Shown piece by piece: positions 14,791-20,000 of a stretch of 20,000 bases of DNA. Position 1 is the stretch's first letter, and each line of letters opens with the position of its first letter. Position numbers and translations under genes: made by a program. Below the pieces are notes generated by a model, which ran no database searches, was not told the DNA's origin, and saw only the letters and a list, made by a program, of their open reading frames with translations. This DNA is from Catajapyx aquilonaris (taxonomy: Eukaryota), in assembly GCA_000934665.2 (NCBI GenBank), contig JYFJ02001575.1, positions 55,977-75,976 on the forward strand. The letters run 5' to 3'.

Positions 14791-15390
14791 CATATTGTTC
14801 TTTATTACCAACTTGCATCAATTTCAGACCACCAGAGTGAATTAAGTCAAAGGTTCTTTTGACTTCCTACAAAAGTGATTATGTTGAAATTGTTTTTGGC
14901 AATTAAGGAGGTCTTGATTGGGTCAAGTGATAACATTGCAGGATTTGAAGTACAGTAGTTCAGGACATGGCATATCATGCAGAAATTATTCCAGTCTCAT
15001 TGACACAAAGGTTCTGGGTGGTTTGCAGGCAGCAAATGTAATTAATTTGGATTGTAGTCTGCTAATGCCATTAAACATTTCTGAGACTATGGTTCGACAG
15101 CATCGAATCAAGTTTTCTCTCATTCTATTTACGTCTTCTGTATTTCCTGTAAAATTCATTGTGAAAAGAAAGTTAACCACAATGAATAGCTCTTCATCCA
15201 TCCTAAAATAATCGAAGTCTTGATCCTTTTCATTTTTGTAGATTGTTAGCAACAACCTGAAGCATAGCTGTTTTATACATCCTGAAAAAGATGGAGGAGC
15301 AGCAGCAATCAGAAGAGCAGCTATTATTGTGGACACACATCTTTATTGGTATTTTTGTACAGTGTAGAGTGGCTGTAAGAAATAAAGATA

Positions 15391-15635
15391 CAGTGCATCG
15401 ATGTCTCTTCCCCCTCCACCTGCTGATGGGTGGAGGAGAGGCTTGGATGGATGGGGGTGCATATGGGACAATGTAAGCTACATTGCCTCTCCTTCCCCTA
15501 TCCTACCAGGGATTGCCCTGGGGGGATATGGCAAGGAGAGGGCAACGTAACTTACATTGTCCCACATGCACCCCCATCCATCGAAGCCTTACCCCAACCA
15601 ACAGCAGGCAGAGGTGGGAGGGACCCAAGGCACTG
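15391..15635. mobile_element. ~245-bp foldback (MITE-like) element
   Basis: aggcttggatggatgggggtgcatatgggacaatgtaagctacattgcc pairs with ggcaacgtaacttacattgtcccacatgcacccccatccatcgaagcct. Centre cagggattgccctg near 15513; outer ends cagtgc...gcactg. Confidence 0.8.
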
Positions 15636-15800
15636 GAGTGAACAAATGCGAGAGACTCACTGGACCCTGAAAAAAGTTTACAGAAAAAAGGGGAGGAGTC
15701 AACAAGACAGGCTCCGCGACAGCGGAATTTGCGAATGCAGGGCCGGGGCCGCCCGAAATTACGCCCGGACGACCCCAGCCTTTTTTCGACGACTAAAACT

Positions 15801-15899
15801 AGGATTTTTCAGCCTGCAAAGTTTTCCCCCCTTCGACGTCATGCACGTGGCACATGACGTGGAAGGGGGGAAGCCTAAATGCAGGCAGGCAATCATCCT
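15801..15899. repeat. ~100-bp inverted repeat
   Basis: ttccccccttcgacgtcatg pairs with catgacgtggaaggggggaa, flanked by gcctgca/tgcaggc and aggat/atcct. Confidence 0.75.
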
Positions 15900-17423
15900 C
15901 CTTTCAACATCATGTGCCAATAATATTAGCACATGATGCCAAAAAGGGGAAGATTTGTTTGGGGGTAAAAGGAGGTGGGAAAGGATGCTGCTGATGACTG
16001 GCACCATCTGGAAAGAGAAGAAAACATAGGGACACAAGAAAAATGATGATCATCAGTCAGGACTGGCACCATCTCAGCAGCAGGCTGCAAATTACTGGAC
16101 CTGAAAAGAGAACAAAAATTAATCAATTCAAAAAAACACACTTTTTAAAAACGTCAATGCAATTACATGGAAATTGAACTTGCTAAAATCAGTAGGCTAC
16201 AGAAATTAGGTAAATTTTCGCGCCTTAACATATTTAACAGATTACAGAGTTGTTATGCCATCCTTGGCATGACACCAGCCATACAACACCAAATAAACAG
16301 CTTAATTGACATGGTCTAGTCCTCAACAAGTAGAGCCATGCCAAAGCTGATAATGGTCAAGTTGCAGATCTTTAAGACATCTGCAGCAAACTGATTAAGC
16401 GGAAAGACTGGCAACGAAGCTCAGGCTGTAAATGCAATTATCAACTCCACCTGCAAAGACTTTCGACCTCAGCACAAAAGGTTTACCCCTCACTTCCCCA
16501 TAGAAAGCAGATACATTCAGGATAATGTCATTTATTTCTGTCAGGTAATTCTCTTGACTAGTCAACATTGCAACAACTCAAATCCATGCAACTGCATTGA
16601 GACCATGATCTCTCATGATAATACTGACCTATTGCCTCGTTATGGGCATCCTGCTTTGGCAACAGCAGTCCTGGAAATCACTGCAGCTCTTCCCACAAGC
16701 AAACGAAATCTGATGAAAGCAACAGAGATGCAAGAATGATAATCAAATCATGTGAAACCGCTAACGTGTGCAATCTGTTGTTATGCAAGAAGCAATATAC
16801 ACTGAAGAGTCAAAGTCATGTGATAGCAACATTTTCCAAGCCACGTATGCCCAGCTGGTGTTGTCGTGAGGCAGGGTGAACACAGCTCATGGCACTGCTT
16901 CGTGGCAATGGGAAATTCCAGCAGTTAATTCAGTTTCATCAGCAGCCCAGAATATTTGGTTCAATAAGGAGCATTTTGAAGAATGATGTGGCCAGACTGA
17001 ATCCAATCCAGCATTAATGGGACGAAGCGCAGAGGTCCATTTTCACTGAAGATCCCTACACCTTCAGATATCCAGATTGCATGGCTCAACATCAATGCCA
17101 CGTCGAGTTGCTGCACTTCTCAGGGCTAGAGGGTACCTATCACATGACTTTTGGCACTTCAGGCTAGGGCAACGTAGCATGCAGAAACAGATGCACATTG
17201 ACTCAAAGCTTATTATACAGTGATGACAGTATGACAATCACTCCAATTGAGTGATGAAACCAGCTCAAAAATAATTTGCTAATTTCAGGATGCATCAAAA
17301 ACAGAAGCAGCAATAAGCGGGGTGGTCAGTGATGCATGGCAAGTCAATTGATCAGCATAGTACAATACAAAAGCAATTAGACAAGTCCCAAACGACCAAG
17401 CATATTGCAAACAGCTAGTACGG

Positions 17424-18807
17424 CAGTGCTAATTTGCAAAATAAATGAAAGCCTTGAAAACGTTAAATCTGACAGACTGAAACAATGTATTGAGTAGCAT
17501 TTTACCTATTGTTAAGTGGCAGCCTTCTCACAAAATGTGGTGGTGAGTGTTACTTGTGTAATCACTGCGAAGCATATACTTAGGCACTTGTGAGGAAATT
17601 GATACTTATTGCAAGTTAACGAGCAATGACAATGGCTAGATGTTTTACTCCATGGCTTAATTTGGCGATGAAAATGCACGTACTGTGCATTAGTCTTTCA
17701 GTTAAGTCTTCTCTTCAAATCTTTAATGGCATTTCTTTCTTAACTGATCTACTTATTATTCAGCAGTGTCTCTTCAGTGGCTATTTAAATCGCTTCCCAA
17801 TATAATCAGGGCACCACTGTACTTGCCCAATGCCAGTGAAGTACACCTAGCATGAAAATCACCTGCATGTCCATGTCACAAATAATTAAATAATTAATCA
17901 CGTTTTAATAACACAGCGGTCCCAGCTTATCTCTTCCACATGCCTCAATATGTAGTTTTCTTATAACAAATGTTACAATTATACACCTTACCATATATTA
18001 TAATGTTATCTATAGCCTACATATCTATACTTATAATTATAGCCTAATAAATGTTACAATCATACAACTTATATTCTAATGAGGCATACAATAGATGTTG
18101 GGGGCCACAAGGTCGTGTTGCTAAAACGATTCATTTTCTACTAATTCATATTTGTGACATGGACATGCAGGTGATTTTCATGCACTAATTTCTGGCATTG
18201 GGCAAGTACATATAGGTACCCTGATTTAGAAGCAGTTTAACTAGCCACTAAAAAGACACTGCTAAAGAATCAGATTTACAGAAAAAAAGCAATTAATAAT
18301 AATAATAATAATATCTTACCCCGTTATCAGCCTTTTTCGGCTCTTTAGGGGGGATTTTTGTTTTGTCTGGAACTCATGCGTACATTTTTACTTTGCTTTT
18401 TGGGATAGGATAGGGAAGGAAGGAGGCGGCTGTGGCCTATTAATTTAGGAAACAACTCCGGAATTCTCCTGGAGGGACCGTGGGAAACCACAGAAAACCA
18501 CGGTTAGAGTTGCCGGCCCCGGGGCTCGAACCCAGGACCTCCCGATTAGCAGTCGGACCCTATAGCCACTCCACCAAACGCAATTAAGTAAAACACCATC
18601 ACTTTCACACTGCCCTTATTGTCATTGCTAGTTAACTTGCAAAGAAAAAATTTCCTAAGTTTCAATATGCTTCGCAGTGAATGCACAAGTAACACGCACC
18701 ACCACATTTGATGAGAAGGCTGCCACCTGTGAAATACTACTCAACTCATTGTTTCCATCTGCCAGATTTAACATTTCCAATGCAACTATATTTTACATTA
18801 TTAGCAC
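17424..18807. mobile_element. Large degenerate foldback element (~1.4 kb; arms about 17424-17968 and 18052-18807)
   Basis: Nested pairing, e.g. gtggcagccttctcacaaaatgtggtggtg (~17516) with caccaccacatttgatgagaaggctgccac (~18698), and catgaaaatcacctgcatgtccatgtcacaaata (~17851) with tatttgtgacatggacatgcaggtgattttcatg (~18149). Outer boundaries are approximate. Confidence 0.85.
18297..18581 (-). mobile_element. tRNA-derived SINE with a Deu/Nin-like central domain and (TAT)n tail
   Basis: Minus strand shows A box TGGTGGAGTGG (18576-18566), B box GGTTCGAGCCC (18532-18522), core GGTTTTCTGTGGTTTCCC...CTCCAGGAGAATTCCGG...AGGCCACAGCCGCCTCCTTCC and a TAT repeat tail. Flanking direct repeat gcaattaa at 18289-18296 and 18580-18587. 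Confidence 0.9.
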
Positions 18808-18869
18808 GACTGCAAGGCCATTTTTCAAGGGTGGTCAGTGCTGGACAAATGGTCGAGTACTGACTGCAG

Positions 18870-19073
18870 CAGAAGAGCACATGGAAGTGATGCAGTACGA
18901 GAAGTGCGAGTAAGAAATGGTAGGCCGTGGGTGACGTCACTGGCTGGGCACAATAGCGTTTTGAACAATTGAGCCTATACCAGTGACATCACCCATGGGT
19001 GATGTCACTGGTATAGGGCCTACCATTTCTTACTAGCACGGCTAGTACTTTATCACTTCAATGTGCTCTTCTG
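18870..19073. mobile_element. ~204-bp MITE-like element with ~55-bp terminal inverted repeats and an internal perfect palindrome
   Basis: cagaagagcacatggaagtgat...agtaagaaatggtaggcc pairs with ggcctaccatttcttact...atcacttcaatgtgctcttctg. Confidence 0.82.
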
Positions 19074-19808
19074 TCCCCTCGGAAAATGTCGCTCTACCCC
19101 GTTAATGTTCAACACTGTACTGTACACCCATCTCCAGATTACAGGTGACTTCCCAAAGCATAAGAATTGATTAACTTTTGACTGTGAAATCTCAAAATAG
19201 ATTACAGTATTCAAGGCACATCCTTTTGACAAGGAAACCCTCAGAGAACCTGTTCATAACTAGGATTCAATTCATTTTAATGCACAAGTTAATCATTGGG
19301 AACCACCACAGCAATTATTCACAGTAAATATCTGGAAACCTTCACTTCATGAATACTACTGCCTTCATCACATGTGTCCTTGGAGTGCAGTCCCACAAAT
19401 ATTAATGCACTATTTTGCACTGAAATTAAACCTACCGCTATCTCAAGTCAAATGTCTCTGCAGACCACTATAGACAAGCCTCATATCAGAGAGAGAGTCC
19501 AGGGTGAGTTTTGAGCAGTGATTCCTAATCGATACAGCCACAAACACTAATCAGATTGCAGGTGTAACCCGTGACGGTGGCGCCGCCGCGCCGTTTTTGG
19601 TTAGGGTTGCCTGTGATGGTGGCGCCCCCACCTCTTGGATAAAAGGGGGGTGCTGGTACTGATGAGGGACAGTCGTATTCTGTAGAGAGAGAGAGGAGGT
19701 CGAAATAAAAGTCCGTCCAGACACGTACCCCTTTTTCTTTTCGTGGTGTAGTGGGCCCCGGTGGGGACACACACTATAGTATTTCACCGTAAAGGTGACA
19801 TACATTAT

Positions 19809-19826
19809 TGGTGTCAGAAGTGGGAT
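19809..19826 (+). promoter_or_regulatory. Primer-binding site complementary to the tRNA-Leu 3' end
   Basis: TGGTGTCAGAAGTGGGAT is the reverse complement of ATCCCACTTCTGACACCA, the 3' 18 nt of metazoan tRNA-Leu as I recall it. Confidence 0.88.
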
Positions 19827-19865
19827 CTGGACGGTCGTACCCGGTCGTACCTCTCTCGCCGCTCT

Positions 19866-20000
19866 GGTTACGAGTACTTGGTTTGCGAGACCTTTGGTTA
19901 CGGGTTCTCTGGTTACGAGTACTTGGTTTATGAGTACGTTGGTTGCGAGAACTGTGGTTACGAGTACTTGGTTTATGAGTACGTTGGTTGCGAGAACTGT
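19866..20000 (+). repeat. Minisatellite of 14-16 bp GGTT-initiated subunits arranged as 45-bp higher-order repeats
   Basis: Units at 19866-19910, 19911-19955 and 19956-20000; the last two are identical (ggttacgagtactt ggtttatgagtacgtt ggttgcgagaactgt). Confidence 0.92.

Larger units (their letters stand above)
13040..15085 (+). repeat. Old tandem duplication, copy 2, expanded by later insertions
   Basis: Same block order as copy 1, interrupted by extra sequence at about 13265-13770, 13833-14363 and from 14696. Confidence 0.85.
19563..20000 (+). mobile_element. 5' end of an LTR retrotransposon (probably Ty3/gypsy): LTR 19563-19800 (or 19804), PBS and leader; continues beyond the window
   Basis: TGTAAC...GTGACA termini, TATA-like GATAAAAG near 19638, AATAAA 19704-19709, and a PBS a few bases downstream. 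Confidence 0.85.

Noticed and set aside
15430..15936. 168-aa ORF
   Set aside because: Spans two foldback repeats and shows no protein-family features.
16240..17420. Coding-like composition suggesting a pseudogene or TE relic
   Set aside because: The frames I translated are interrupted by stops and show no recognisable motif.
18510..18581. tRNA gene on the minus strand
   Set aside because: A and B boxes are present but the acceptor stem does not pair, and it runs into a SINE core, tail and TSD.
19866..20000. CRISPR-like array or coding repeat (frame reads GYEYLVYEYVGCENC)
   Set aside because: No unique spacers, eukaryotic context, no nearby in-frame ATG, and it sits right after an LTR PBS; it is a leader minisatellite.

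Overview
Eukaryotic (arthropod-like) genomic DNA with compact GT-AG introns. The left half holds three + strand genes reconstructed by hand: a 5-exon, 211-aa protein with one C-terminal dsRNA-binding motif resembling the SON-type DSRM (221-1748); an 8-exon Polycomb-group Sex comb on midleg gene (Scm, 3073-7500, 703 aa); and a ropporin-1-like gene with an intronless CDS (10029-10778). The right half (about 11-20 kb) is repeat-rich. It has an old tandem duplication with an unusually conserved exon-like core, several foldback/MITE elements (one Tc1/mariner-type TA-flanked MITE whose empty site survives in the paralogous copy), a tRNA-derived SINE inserted into a 1.4-kb foldback, a perfect 44-bp palindrome, and the 5' LTR, tRNA-Leu PBS and minisatellite leader of an LTR retrotransposon that runs off the window. 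I see no convincing new multi-gene system. The best leads are the stand-alone SON-type dsRBD gene, the conserved exon-like module in the duplication and the probable ROPN1L retrocopy. All family assignments are from recalled motifs, not database searches.
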